Positions 9,133 through 18,755 of a stretch of 41,877 bases of DNA are shown piece by piece; position 1 is the stretch's first letter, and the number at the start of each line of letters is the position of its first letter. A program made the position numbers and the translations under genes. The notes beneath the pieces were generated by a model. The model was given only the letters and a program-made list of their open reading frames with translations. It did not search any database and had not been told where the DNA came from. The stretch spans positions 4,377-46,253 of the forward strand of contig CAYIIQ010000001.1 in assembly GCA_964363545.1 (NCBI GenBank), read 5' to 3'. The DNA comes from Candidatus Woesearchaeota archaeon. GTDB lineage: Archaea > Nanobdellota > Nanobdellia > Pacearchaeales > GW2011-AR1.

Positions 9133-9336
9133 ATGAAAAAGGGGAAAAAAGAGCTAGTAACAGAGCTTTTAAAAAAAGACAGAGAAGGCTTAACAATTGT
9201 TGAAATAGCAAAAAAACTCAACATATCAAGAAACACTGCTTCTGTAGCATTAGCAGAATTAAAAGGTGCAGAACTAATCAAAATAAGAAATGTTGGAAGA
9301 GCTAAACTACATTATTGGAAAAGAGGTGGAAAATGA
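9133..9336 (+). CDS. small winged-HTH DNA-binding protein
   Basis: LTIVEIAKKLNISRNTASVALAELKGAELIKIRNVGRAKLHYW forms an HTH plus wing. Its TGA overlaps the ATG of the giant gene in ATGA (9333-9336). Confidence 0.7.
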   Translation: MKKGKKELVTELLKKDREGLTIVEIAKKLNISRNTASVALAELKGAELIKIRNVGRAKLHYWKRGGK

Positions 9337-12300
9337 GATTTTTTATATTTTTTGTCATTTTTATGATTTTGCTATTTACAAACTTAGTTAGTGCCGATGT
9401 AATTTTTTCCGACGATTTTGAATCTGGAACTTTAAATGATTGGAATTTAACAAGTGTTTCAGGAGCAAACAACTGGACAGCTTCGACAACAAACCCACAA
9501 CAAGGAAGCTGGCACGCACAATCCCAGCCTCGCTCAACATCAGAGCCTGCAAGCGTATTAACGCGAAATATAAGCACTCTAAACTATCAAAATGTAACTC
9601 TAAACTACTATAGAAGACTTGTTGGGATTGATGCTGCAGACGAATTTCAAGCAGAGTGGTTTGATGGCACAGGCTGGACAATAGTTGAGCAGACTGGTAG
9701 CTCTTCAGCAAACGATGCTAACTACCTATACAGAGAGTTTAATTTATCTTCAAGCGCAAACAACAACGCCGACTTCAGAATAAAATTTGAGTGTACAGCT
9801 GGAGCGACAACCGAGTTCTGTCGAGTAGACAATGTAACAATAAAAGGAAATATCATACCAGACAACTCCCCGCCAGCTATCTTTTTAATTTATCCTTCAA
9901 ATGGAACAACCATAACAATAAATAATGTAAGTTTCAATGCAACTTTTTCAGACAATATAAATTTAGCAAATGCAACATTCTATTTATGGAACTCGTCTTT
10001 CAGTCTAATAAATCAAACAACAAGAGATATAACAGGAACTACTGGAAGTATTAATTTAACAGTAAGCTTGCCTTATACTGGTGTTTTCTATTGGAATTAC
10101 CAAGCCAGTGACAATTCATCAAACAATGCTTTTAATAATACCAATTTTACACTAACATATACCTCTCCAGACAACGAATATCCTATTTTCTTCGATTTTA
10201 AAAATACCATCTTAAACAATTCAGTTTATTCTCCAGGAGCAATTTACAGATTAAACGTCTCTATAAACTCAACAAATGGAACATCCTGGATTCAATTTGA
10301 TGGAATAAATTACACTTCTTCTAACTCATCTTCTGTTTTCAATATTTCAATTTCAGACTTAAGTGCTGGAGATCATTTTTACAATTGGAGCAGTTTTGGA
10401 AATGGTTCTGCCAGAAATTTCAATCTCTCAGCAACACTACATTATTTTATCCAAAAAGCCACAGCCGATGTAGAAATCTATCTAGATAACAACACATCAA
10501 ACAAAACCCTTGAGTTAGGTTCAACCATCACAATTAATGCTTCAAGATTAATTGGAGAAGGAGTATTCACAGTTTATCAAGACGGTGTGAATATAGCATC
10601 AAGCTCCACAGCAACCTCAAACTTAACAACAATATCAAGTTTAGGAAGTAAGAATATCACAGTCATTTTAGAACAAACGCAAAATTACACAAGAGACAGC
10701 CAAACAAGATGGATAGATGTTATAGATACAACAAAACCTTTGCTCTCAATAATATTCCCTTCAAATAACTCGAATTTCTTCCAGTCAACAATAAATATTA
10801 ATTACACTGTTTCAGAACTAGCTCTTCAATCTTGTTGGTATACAAATAATTCTGGAATTGCTAATTACAGTATAACCTGCGGAAATAACATTACAGCAAC
10901 ATGGGGCGAAGGAATAAATAATGTTACAATTTATGTGAATGATACAAGCAACAATATTAACAGCTCATCAATCACTTTTACAATTGACACTTTAGTTCCT
11001 GTAATCTCAATAACATTCCCATTAAACAACACAAACTTCTCAACAAACAACATAACAATAAACTACACAATAACAGAAACAAATATTAATAATTGTTGGT
11101 GGACAAACACATCCGGAGTTGCTAATTATAGCATAACATGCGGTGTAAATATAACAAGAATTTGGGGAAAAGGAATAAACAATATAACAATATATGTTAA
11201 TGATAGCTTTAATAACATTAATTCAACAAGTGTAAAATTTACAATAGACACTCAACCTCCATATTTCCAACATATAATAACTAATTTTGAGCTTACAAAT
11301 GGGACTTCTTTCAACTACGATGTAAACGCTAGTGATGATAGTGTAGGATTGCAAGCTTATGGTATTAATGATACACGATTTTCTATAAACTCAACAGGCT
11401 GGATAAAAAACATAAGTGAAATTCCAACTAAATTATATTATCTTAATTTAACTATAAATGATACATTAGGAAACCAAAATTCTTCTGTTTTTTATGTTAA
11501 TGTAACAGTTTCTGATACAACACCCCCTTATTTTACCTCTATTCCAGCAGATACAACAATAACTTATGGGAATGGTTTTGAAGTAGATTTCGATGCAACT
11601 GATAACATAAATCTTGCAACTTTTTCAATTAACTGGAGCACAAATTTCAACATAAACTCTTCTGGTATTTTAAAAAACACAACCTTACTCGGAGGTGGAA
11701 TTTACAAAATAAACATAACAATAAATGACACTTCAGGCAACATTAATTCTACTGTCTACACCATAACTGTTAATAAAGAAAATGGAAATGTATCTGCTTT
11801 TATAAATCATACAAGAGCAAACTTTTCAGCAAATAACTCTACACTAAACATCTATCTGAATGGTACACTTGTAACAGGAACTGGAATAATTAAACTCTGG
11901 TTAAATGAAACTCAAATTAATCAAGGTATATCTCCATTATTCAACATAACAAACTTAACTATAGGAGCATATTATTTCAATGTTACTTACGACGGAAATG
12001 AAAATTACACTTCAGCCCGAGAATTTTTCTTTATAAAAATAACACTTACCGATTTAACACCCACAAATATTTCAATAATTTTTCCGCAAAATACAACTTA
12101 CAATACAAGCATAAACTCAATTAACTACACAGTTTCCAACGATACACAATCTTGCTGGTACACTCTCAACTCAGGCCAGGCAAACACAACACTAACATGC
12201 GGAAATAATGTAACAAGCTTGTCAAGCAGTCAAGGAAGCAACATCTGGCGAGTCTATTCAAACGATTCTGCCGGCAACATAAATTCAAGCTCTGTAACTT

Positions 12301-14741
12301 TTTTCGTTGACTCGATAAACCCACTAATTTCTTATACAACAGAAACAGAAAACAATTCAACAAGTTTCGCAAGAAGCTGGATATATTTAAATGTTTCAAT
12401 AACAGAAGCAAATTTCGCAAACATAACTTTCGTAATATATAATACAACACAAGTTAATTCAACAACTTTTACAATTCCAACATACAACATAAACTGGACA
12501 AATTTAGCAGATGGAACTTATCATTATAATGTCACAATAAAAGATTTAGCAAATAATCAAAACACAACAGAAACAAGAACTATAACTTTAGATACACTTC
12601 CGCCAACAATTTTAATTATAAGCCCACAAAACATAACATACAACAATACAACAGTTTTAGTAAACATAACAAGCGAAGGAAATTATACCTGGTTTTTTAA
12701 TGGAACTGCAAACGAAACTTATACTTCTTCTGTATTAAGAACTTTTTCAGAAGGCTCTGCAACATTAATAGCTTATACTAATGATTCTTTAGGAAACTTA
12801 AATTCTACAAGCATAACTTTCAGCATAGTTATACTAAATATTAATTGCGAAGTTGGCGGCCCGTATCAACAAGGAGCTTTGATATTAGTTCAAGGAAATG
12901 TTTCTAATTCAACAGCTAGTTTGTCAGGCCAAAGCGTTAATGCAACCATTTACAATTCTACAAATCCTATTGCATCAATATTATTAACAACTTCAAATGA
13001 CGGAAGTTTTGAAACTTCATTCACAAATTTTTCTTCAGGTACATACAACTTAAATGCTTCAACATCTTATAAAGGCGTAAATAAAAACTGCACAGACACT
13101 TTCCAAGTCGGCAATTCAGCCTCATTAATTTTAGACAAGACTGCAACACCCAACTCTCTTACAAACACAACAATAATTTATAATATAACTCTCCGTGCAA
13201 TTAATGTAGGAGGCTCTGACACACTCAACACAACTTTAACTGACAACAATTCAACAGAATCCCCATATAACCTCATAACAATCTCTCCAGGAACAATTAT
13301 TACGAAAAACTATTTAATCAACTTCACAAGAAAAGACACTACGACTTACACAATTTTATCACAAGCAAATGTACAAGGAATAGATTCATACAGCGGCTTA
13401 ACCATTTTCGCTAATTCAACTATACTAAATATTACAATTCCTGCAACAAGTGTAGGAAAGAATATTGTAATTACTAAAAACATAGTTTATATTACTGAAA
13501 CAAGCCAGAATATAACATACAATATTAGTTCAACTCTATACAATTCAGGAGATGAAAATCTTTTTGACATATCTTACATCGACTCTGATATTCAATCAAT
13601 TTCAATAATTCTAAATTTAACAAAAGGTACTTCAACAACTTTCTCAAATTCAAAAGTCATAGCAAAAGCTGCTAGCAACACACAACACCAATTCTCTCTA
13701 GGAACTGCAACTCTTGGAATTTTGACTTTCTATTCAAATCGACCAAGCATAAATATTCCAGGTTATGGTGGTCCTGCAGACATTATAGTTTATGCGCCTT
13801 CAACTGTCCAAACATCCACATCCTTTGACTCTATAATTGAAATAAAAAACATGAATCCAGACATCGGCCAAGATTTCACAATAAACTACTGGATTACAAA
13901 CGAAATTGAAAATACAAATTACACTTCAGGACAGCAAACAATCTATATTCCAGCTCTTGGAATAAAAAATATAACTGTAAATCTTTTATCTCCAACTACA
14001 ACAGGAAATTACAGATTAAGAGCATCGACAAGTTGGATAGGCGGAACAGCAACTTCATTTTATAGTTTTGGAGTTGTTTCAATAGTTACAACTCCTACAC
14101 CGCCATCAACTGGAGGAGGGGGAAGTATAGTAGAGCCAATTGAAAAAGCTAGAGAAGAAAATAAAACTGTGCCTATACAACCTACAATCACAGAAGAGAT
14201 AACAAAACCAGAAGTTATATGCAGTCTCCCATACATCAGACATGGCTTTGAATGCTGTCTAGACCAAAACTCAAACAATATCTGTGACGAAGACGAGAAA
14301 AATAAAACTGCTGAAATAGAAAAACCAAGTGGTTTAACAGGATTTTTCTTAAAAATTCCTGAAATAACTAAAACTAATATTGAATTTTTATTAAAATTAT
14401 TATTTATAATTATTATTTTAATCTTACTTCTAGTATTAATACTAAAAATTATAAAAAAGAGAAAAAAAGATATAAATCGGATAAGTTACTTAAAAGGTTT
14501 AGAAGTCTACACAACTAACGGTATAAAAGTTGGAACAGTAAACAATATTATTTTAAGTAAGATGCGTATAGAAAGTCTTCACATAAAGCTAACAAGAGAA
14601 AATAGAAAAAAATTACAACAAACTCAAAAATCAAAATTCAAAGGAATTTCAGTTGATTATAAATATGTAAAAGCTGTTAAAGATGTAATTATAATAAGCC
14701 ATGCAGTTTTAGAACACCTGGAAAACATTAAAACTAACTAA
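9333..14741 (+). CDS. giant (~1800 aa) sequon-rich surface protein: MAM/CBM-like N-domain, Ig/cadherin-like repeats, DUF11/CARDB-like domains, TM, cytoplasmic PRC-barrel-like tail
   Basis: The track ORF starts at 9315. The ATG at 9333 gives a clean signal peptide (MRFFIFFVIFMILLFTNLVSA) and an ATGA coupling to the upstream gene. N-x-S/T sequons are extremely dense. Repeats of ~88 aa each carry a conserved Cys pair (CWYTN...TCGNN). The C-terminal TM LLFIIIILILLLVLILKII is followed by GLEVYTTNGIKVGTVNNIIL...GISVDYKYVKAVKDVIIIS. Confidence 0.85.
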   Translation: MRFFIFFVIFMILLFTNLVSADVIFSDDFESGTLNDWNLTSVSGANNWTASTTNPQQGSWHAQSQPRSTSEPASVLTRNISTLNYQNVTLNYYRRLVGIDAADEFQAEWFDGTGWTIVEQTGSSSANDANYLYREFNLSSSANNNADFRIKFECTAGATTEFCRVDNVTIKGNIIPDNSPPAIFLIYPSNGTTITINNVSFNATFSDNINLANATFYLWNSSFSLINQTTRDITGTTGSINLTVSLPYTGVFYWNYQASDNSSNNAFNNTNFTLTYTSPDNEYPIFFDFKNTILNNSVYSPGAIYRLNVSINSTNGTSWIQFDGINYTSSNSSSVFNISISDLSAGDHFYNWSSFGNGSARNFNLSATLHYFIQKATADVEIYLDNNTSNKTLELGSTITINASRLIGEGVFTVYQDGVNIASSSTATSNLTTISSLGSKNITVILEQTQNYTRDSQTRWIDVIDTTKPLLSIIFPSNNSNFFQSTININYTVSELALQSCWYTNNSGIANYSITCGNNITATWGEGINNVTIYVNDTSNNINSSSITFTIDTLVPVISITFPLNNTNFSTNNITINYTITETNINNCWWTNTSGVANYSITCGVNITRIWGKGINNITIYVNDSFNNINSTSVKFTIDTQPPYFQHIITNFELTNGTSFNYDVNASDDSVGLQAYGINDTRFSINSTGWIKNISEIPTKLYYLNLTINDTLGNQNSSVFYVNVTVSDTTPPYFTSIPADTTITYGNGFEVDFDATDNINLATFSINWSTNFNINSSGILKNTTLLGGGIYKINITINDTSGNINSTVYTITVNKENGNVSAFINHTRANFSANNSTLNIYLNGTLVTGTGIIKLWLNETQINQGISPLFNITNLTIGAYYFNVTYDGNENYTSAREFFFIKITLTDLTPTNISIIFPQNTTYNTSINSINYTVSNDTQSCWYTLNSGQANTTLTCGNNVTSLSSSQGSNIWRVYSNDSAGNINSSSVTFFVDSINPLISYTTETENNSTSFARSWIYLNVSITEANFANITFVIYNTTQVNSTTFTIPTYNINWTNLADGTYHYNVTIKDLANNQNTTETRTITLDTLPPTILIISPQNITYNNTTVLVNITSEGNYTWFFNGTANETYTSSVLRTFSEGSATLIAYTNDSLGNLNSTSITFSIVILNINCEVGGPYQQGALILVQGNVSNSTASLSGQSVNATIYNSTNPIASILLTTSNDGSFETSFTNFSSGTYNLNASTSYKGVNKNCTDTFQVGNSASLILDKTATPNSLTNTTIIYNITLRAINVGGSDTLNTTLTDNNSTESPYNLITISPGTIITKNYLINFTRKDTTTYTILSQANVQGIDSYSGLTIFANSTILNITIPATSVGKNIVITKNIVYITETSQNITYNISSTLYNSGDENLFDISYIDSDIQSISIILNLTKGTSTTFSNSKVIAKAASNTQHQFSLGTATLGILTFYSNRPSINIPGYGGPADIIVYAPSTVQTSTSFDSIIEIKNMNPDIGQDFTINYWITNEIENTNYTSGQQTIYIPALGIKNITVNLLSPTTTGNYRLRASTSWIGGTATSFYSFGVVSIVTTPTPPSTGGGGSIVEPIEKAREENKTVPIQPTITEEITKPEVICSLPYIRHGFECCLDQNSNNICDEDEKNKTAEIEKPSGLTGFFLKIPEITKTNIEFLLKLLFIIIILILLLVLILKIIKKRKKDINRISYLKGLEVYTTNGIKVGTVNNIILSKMRIESLHIKLTRENRKKLQQTQKSKFKGISVDYKYVKAVKDVIIISHAVLEHLENIKTN

Positions 14742-14777
14742 AGAAAATTTAATAAAGGTATCTAACATAAACTAAAT

Positions 14778-17700
14778 ATGCAAAAAAAGGGGTTAGTAAG
14801 TTTAATTTTTAGTATTTTAATAACACTCTTATTATTTGAAAGTGTAAATGCTACCACAATCTTCTTAGACGATTTTGAATCAGGAACTCTATCAGGCTGG
14901 ACACTCACGAAAGCTGCTGGAGCAAATGATTGGACAGCAAGTCAAACAGACCCATTTCAAGGAAGCTGGCACGCACAATCCCAGCCTCAAAGTACAACAG
15001 AACCAGCAAGTGTAATGGAAAAAATAATTAGCACATCAGGCTATCAAACCATTGTATTTGACTATAAAAGAAAACTTGTAGGTTTAGATATAGCAGATGA
15101 ATTTCAAGCAGAATGGTTTGATGGCACAAGCTGGAGTGTATTAGAACAAACTGGAGATGCATCTGCAGATGATGCAAATTATGTATCAAAACAATTTAGT
15201 CTTCCATCTTCAGCCAACAACAATGCAAATTTTAGAATAAAATTTGAATGCACAGCAGGAGCTGTTTCAGAGTTTTGTCGTGTGGATAATGTTTTAATTG
15301 AAGGAACTATCATCGATACAACACCTCCTCTAATTTCAATAACTTTTCCAACAAACAACACAAACACTACAAATACAAATTTAACTATTAACTACACGGT
15401 TTCAGACACAAACTTACAAACATGCTGGTGGACTAATTCATCTGGCCAATTTAACAAAACACTAACATGCGGAAATAACATAACACAAGTATGGTTTGAA
15501 GGGATAAACAATATAACAATCTACGCAAATGACAGCGCAAATAACATTAACTCAACAAGTGTTAGATTCCTTGTAGATACAATTTCTCCAATCCCAACAA
15601 TAACAACTCCAACAAACAACTCAAATTTCTCCACAAATAATATAACAATAAATTACACAATAACAGAAACAAACATCAACAACTGTTGGTGGACGAATAC
15701 AAGTGGAGTTAGCAACTACACTTTAACATGTGGGACAAACATCTCGAGAATATGGGGTGAAGGTGTGAGTAATGCAACAGTTTATATTAATGATAGTAGT
15801 GGAAATATAAATTCAAGTAGTGTAAGGTTTAGGGTTGATTTAACTTCTCCTATCGTAAGTATATCTTATCCACAAAACAACACAAACTTTTCAACCAACA
15901 ATATAACTATAAACTGGACAGTCTCAGATTCAGGGACAGGATTATCAGCTTGTTGGTGGACGAATACAAGTGGAGTTAGCAACTACACAATAACATGTGG
16001 GACAAACATCTCGAGAATATGGGGTGAAGGAGTTTCTAATGTTACAATTTATTCTAATGATAGTGTGAATAATGTAAATTCAACAAGTGTAAAGTTTTTA
16101 GTTGATATAACTTCTCCAATTACAACAATAACATCTCCAACAAACAACTCAAATTTCTCCACAAATAATATAACAATAAATTACACAATAACAGAGACAA
16201 ACATCAACAACTGTTGGTGGACAAATAGTTCTGGAATTTTAAACTATACGATTACTTGTGGAACAAATATATCAAGAATTTGGGGAGAAGGTGTAAATAA
16301 TTTAACAGTATATGCAAACGATACAAGTGGAAATATTAATTCAAGTAGTGTTAGATTCAGAGTTGATACAACAGCTCCCATCGTTATATTAAATTTTCCT
16401 GAAAACACAACTTACAATTCAGTCCAAACAAGATTAAATTACACTTTAGATGAAAATGGTGCAAGCTTACAAACTTGTTGGTACACTCTTAACAATGGAG
16501 CAACAAACACAACAATAACTTGTGGAAACAATGTTACAGGCCTAGATTCTGGAGAGAGCAGCTCTATATGGCGAGTTTATGCAAATGATTCTGTTGGCAA
16601 CACAGGTTTTTATTCTCTCACTTTTTTTGTTGACAGCATTATATCTTTAATTAGCTATGGCACTCTAACAGAAAACAACTCAACAAATTTCAGTAGAAAT
16701 TGGATTTATGTAAATGTTTCTATCACAGAAACTAACGAAGCAAATATTACTTTTACATTATATAATTTAACCTCTCTTGTAAACACTACAACCTTTACAA
16801 CACAGCAAAGAAAAATTAATTTCACAGAATTAACCGACGGAACATATTATTATAACGTAAGTATCACTGACATTTTAAACAACAGAAACTCTACACGAAC
16901 AAGAACAATAACACTTGATACAACTCCTCCAAACATAAATCTATTTTATCCAGAAGCTAAAACTTACGGAACAAATACAAGTCTTGCATTAAACTTTAGT
17001 GTTTCAGATTCTTTAATAGTCGGTTCATGCTGGTATAATCTAAATAACGGTTCTAATATCTCTATACAAAACTGCCAAAATTCAACATTCAATATAAGCG
17101 ACGGAAATCATGTTCTTTACTTTTTCACAAACGACAGTCTTAATAGCATAGCAACAAAAAATGTCAGTTTTTCTGTCATAACAACTGCTCCTGCAATTAA
17201 TCTTGTTTATCCAACAAATGGCTCTTACTTGAATTACAAAAATAACATTTATTTTAATTATACTGTAGTTTCAGGAATAGGAGTTTCTTCATGCCAGTTA
17301 AATGGCGACTTTAATGGAAGCTGGCATTTAAATCAGTCAAATAGTACAATAGTAAATGAGGTGAATTTCTTTATTTTAAATCTAACAGACAACAACTATA
17401 AATGGGGAATTGTATGTAACGACACTCAAAACAGATTTAACGATGTAAACTATAGTTTTACAATTGACACTACTTTCCCAACTTTAACATTAACACAACC
17501 AACTGGATCAAAAACAAGTAGGTCAGTTACAGCAACATGGTCTGTTTCAGATATAAACTTACTGGCTTGTTGGTACAATGTTTATAGAGGATTAAATAGT
17601 GAAATTTCAAATACAACAGTTAACTGCTCTTCGAATTCAGGAACTTTTGATGTTTCTGTTGATGCTGACTTCACTCTAACTCTTTATTCAAATGACTCTG

Positions 17701-18686
17701 CCGGAAACTCTAACTCTGCAACATCAAGCTTTAGTGTTTCAACATCTTCTGGCGGAGGTGGAGGAGGAGGTGGAGGAGGAGGAAGTTCTGGTGGAAGTGG
17801 TGGAAGTGGAGGAGGTATTATCAAACCAAAAAACCTTTCTCTAACTATCTACAACCTAGAAATAACTCCTCTTGCAAATTTAATTGTAAATCCGGGCGAC
17901 ACTAAAAAAATGATTTTAAAAGCTAGAAACACCGGAACAAGTTTCCTCAACGACTGCAAACTAATAGGAATAGGAAATTATACAAATTGGATATTTTCTG
18001 ATGGAGTAAAAGGTTTAAGTGCTGGAGAAATAAAAGAGTTTGTTCTTAATTTAAATGTCCCTCAAAACTCTCAACCTTCTAAATATGCTTTAGAAATGTC
18101 AATAAACTGCAAAGAGCTAAACAAATCTACAAGCTTTATCGCAGAAATTATAGAGAAAAAACTTTCTGTGGAAATAATAGATGTAAAAAGAGATAAGGAT
18201 GACAAAATAAAAATAACATACTCACTTCAAGAGCTATCTGGCATTGAGCAAAATGTAGATGTACAATTAATTTTATTTGGTTATGGAAATGAAAGAGTTT
18301 CAGAATCAACAGAAACTCGCACCATTCCACAAAATTCGAGGCAAGAATTTGAGACTTTCCTACCTCTTTCGTCCTCATTAAAAGGAAACTTTAACCTTCT
18401 AATTAATGCAAAATCAGATTATGCTTCTGCTTTTGTCCAGGAAGATGTTATCCTTGGAAGTCTACCTCTCGGAGGATTTACAATCTTTGCAAATGAAATA
18501 ACTAAAAACACATTGATAAGCACAATTTTAATAATTATTTTTTTAGCTTTTGTAATTTTCGTTTTAAGAAGGATATTCAGATTAAAAAAAATAATGAATA
18601 TGCCGGACCTAAAATCAGTCATTCACTCAACACACGAAAAAATTAAGCAGAAAATAGATAGTGAAAAAACTAAAATGAGATTTTAG
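14778..18686 (+). CDS. giant (1302 aa) sequon-rich surface protein, paralog of the upstream gene, with five tandem ~88-aa repeats, a poly-Gly/Ser linker and a C-terminal TM anchor
   Basis: Signal MQKKGLVSLIFSILITLLLFESVNA. The N-domain is ~65-70 percent identical by eye to that of the 9333 protein. It also has tandem repeats, GGGGGGGGGGGSSGGSGGSGGG, a CARDB-like segment (VNPGDTKKMILKARNTGTSFLNDC), and TM LISTILIIIFLAFVIFVL. Confidence 0.85.
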   Translation: MQKKGLVSLIFSILITLLLFESVNATTIFLDDFESGTLSGWTLTKAAGANDWTASQTDPFQGSWHAQSQPQSTTEPASVMEKIISTSGYQTIVFDYKRKLVGLDIADEFQAEWFDGTSWSVLEQTGDASADDANYVSKQFSLPSSANNNANFRIKFECTAGAVSEFCRVDNVLIEGTIIDTTPPLISITFPTNNTNTTNTNLTINYTVSDTNLQTCWWTNSSGQFNKTLTCGNNITQVWFEGINNITIYANDSANNINSTSVRFLVDTISPIPTITTPTNNSNFSTNNITINYTITETNINNCWWTNTSGVSNYTLTCGTNISRIWGEGVSNATVYINDSSGNINSSSVRFRVDLTSPIVSISYPQNNTNFSTNNITINWTVSDSGTGLSACWWTNTSGVSNYTITCGTNISRIWGEGVSNVTIYSNDSVNNVNSTSVKFLVDITSPITTITSPTNNSNFSTNNITINYTITETNINNCWWTNSSGILNYTITCGTNISRIWGEGVNNLTVYANDTSGNINSSSVRFRVDTTAPIVILNFPENTTYNSVQTRLNYTLDENGASLQTCWYTLNNGATNTTITCGNNVTGLDSGESSSIWRVYANDSVGNTGFYSLTFFVDSIISLISYGTLTENNSTNFSRNWIYVNVSITETNEANITFTLYNLTSLVNTTTFTTQQRKINFTELTDGTYYYNVSITDILNNRNSTRTRTITLDTTPPNINLFYPEAKTYGTNTSLALNFSVSDSLIVGSCWYNLNNGSNISIQNCQNSTFNISDGNHVLYFFTNDSLNSIATKNVSFSVITTAPAINLVYPTNGSYLNYKNNIYFNYTVVSGIGVSSCQLNGDFNGSWHLNQSNSTIVNEVNFFILNLTDNNYKWGIVCNDTQNRFNDVNYSFTIDTTFPTLTLTQPTGSKTSRSVTATWSVSDINLLACWYNVYRGLNSEISNTTVNCSSNSGTFDVSVDADFTLTLYSNDSAGNSNSATSSFSVSTSSGGGGGGGGGGGSSGGSGGSGGGIIKPKNLSLTIYNLEITPLANLIVNPGDTKKMILKARNTGTSFLNDCKLIGIGNYTNWIFSDGVKGLSAGEIKEFVLNLNVPQNSQPSKYALEMSINCKELNKSTSFIAEIIEKKLSVEIIDVKRDKDDKIKITYSLQELSGIEQNVDVQLILFGYGNERVSESTETRTIPQNSRQEFETFLPLSSSLKGNFNLLINAKSDYASAFVQEDVILGSLPLGGFTIFANEITKNTLISTILIIIFLAFVIFVLRRIFRLKKIMNMPDLKSVIHSTHEKIKQKIDSEKTKMRF
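15318..16637 (+). repeat. five tandem ~264-nt coding repeats (intragenic), mosaic at the DNA level
   Basis: Protein units run approximately aa 181-268, 269-356, 357-445, 446-533 and 534-620. Each has the form P-x-I/V-x-I-x-F/Y-P...N(I/L)TINYT...CWWTN...TCG-x-N(I/V)...W-x-EG...Y-x-ND...N-S-(S/T)-S-V-(R/K)-F-x-VD. Confidence 0.9.
17751..17816 (+). repeat. GGN/AGT low-complexity tract encoding G11-SS-GG-S-GG-S-GGG
   Basis: Read directly: ggcggaggtggaggaggaggtggaggaggaggaagttctggtggaagtggtggaagtggaggaggt. It is a local GC spike in an AT-rich gene. Confidence 0.9.
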
Positions 18687-18755
18687 TGAATAAAGAGTCA
18701 ATAAAATATATAATACAAAAACTATAAGAAACTTTTTTAACACCAAATTCCTAAA

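Noticed and set aside
9315-9332. Upstream start (MEKRWK) for the giant gene as given by the ORF track
   Set aside because: The ATG at 9333 overlaps the stop of the HTH gene in ATGA and yields a canonical signal peptide straight away. The extra 6 codons lie inside the HTH coding region.
8523-9560. Diversity-generating retroelement template/variable repeat pair
   Set aside because: The four mismatches are ordinary transitions on both strands, not adenine-specific. No reverse transcriptase gene is present in the window.
9302-14278. Several 60-110-aa minus-strand ORFs inside the giant surface gene (9302-9577, 9388-9711, 12166-12450, 14060-14278)
   Set aside because: All are embedded antisense in a long, clearly coding plus-strand ORF. 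They are Leu/Cys/Ser-rich nonsense-like sequences.
15318-16637. CRISPR-like or non-coding tandem array
   Set aside because: The ~264-nt units lie in one continuous reading frame and encode Ig-like protein repeats. There is no short repeat/spacer structure and there are no cas genes.
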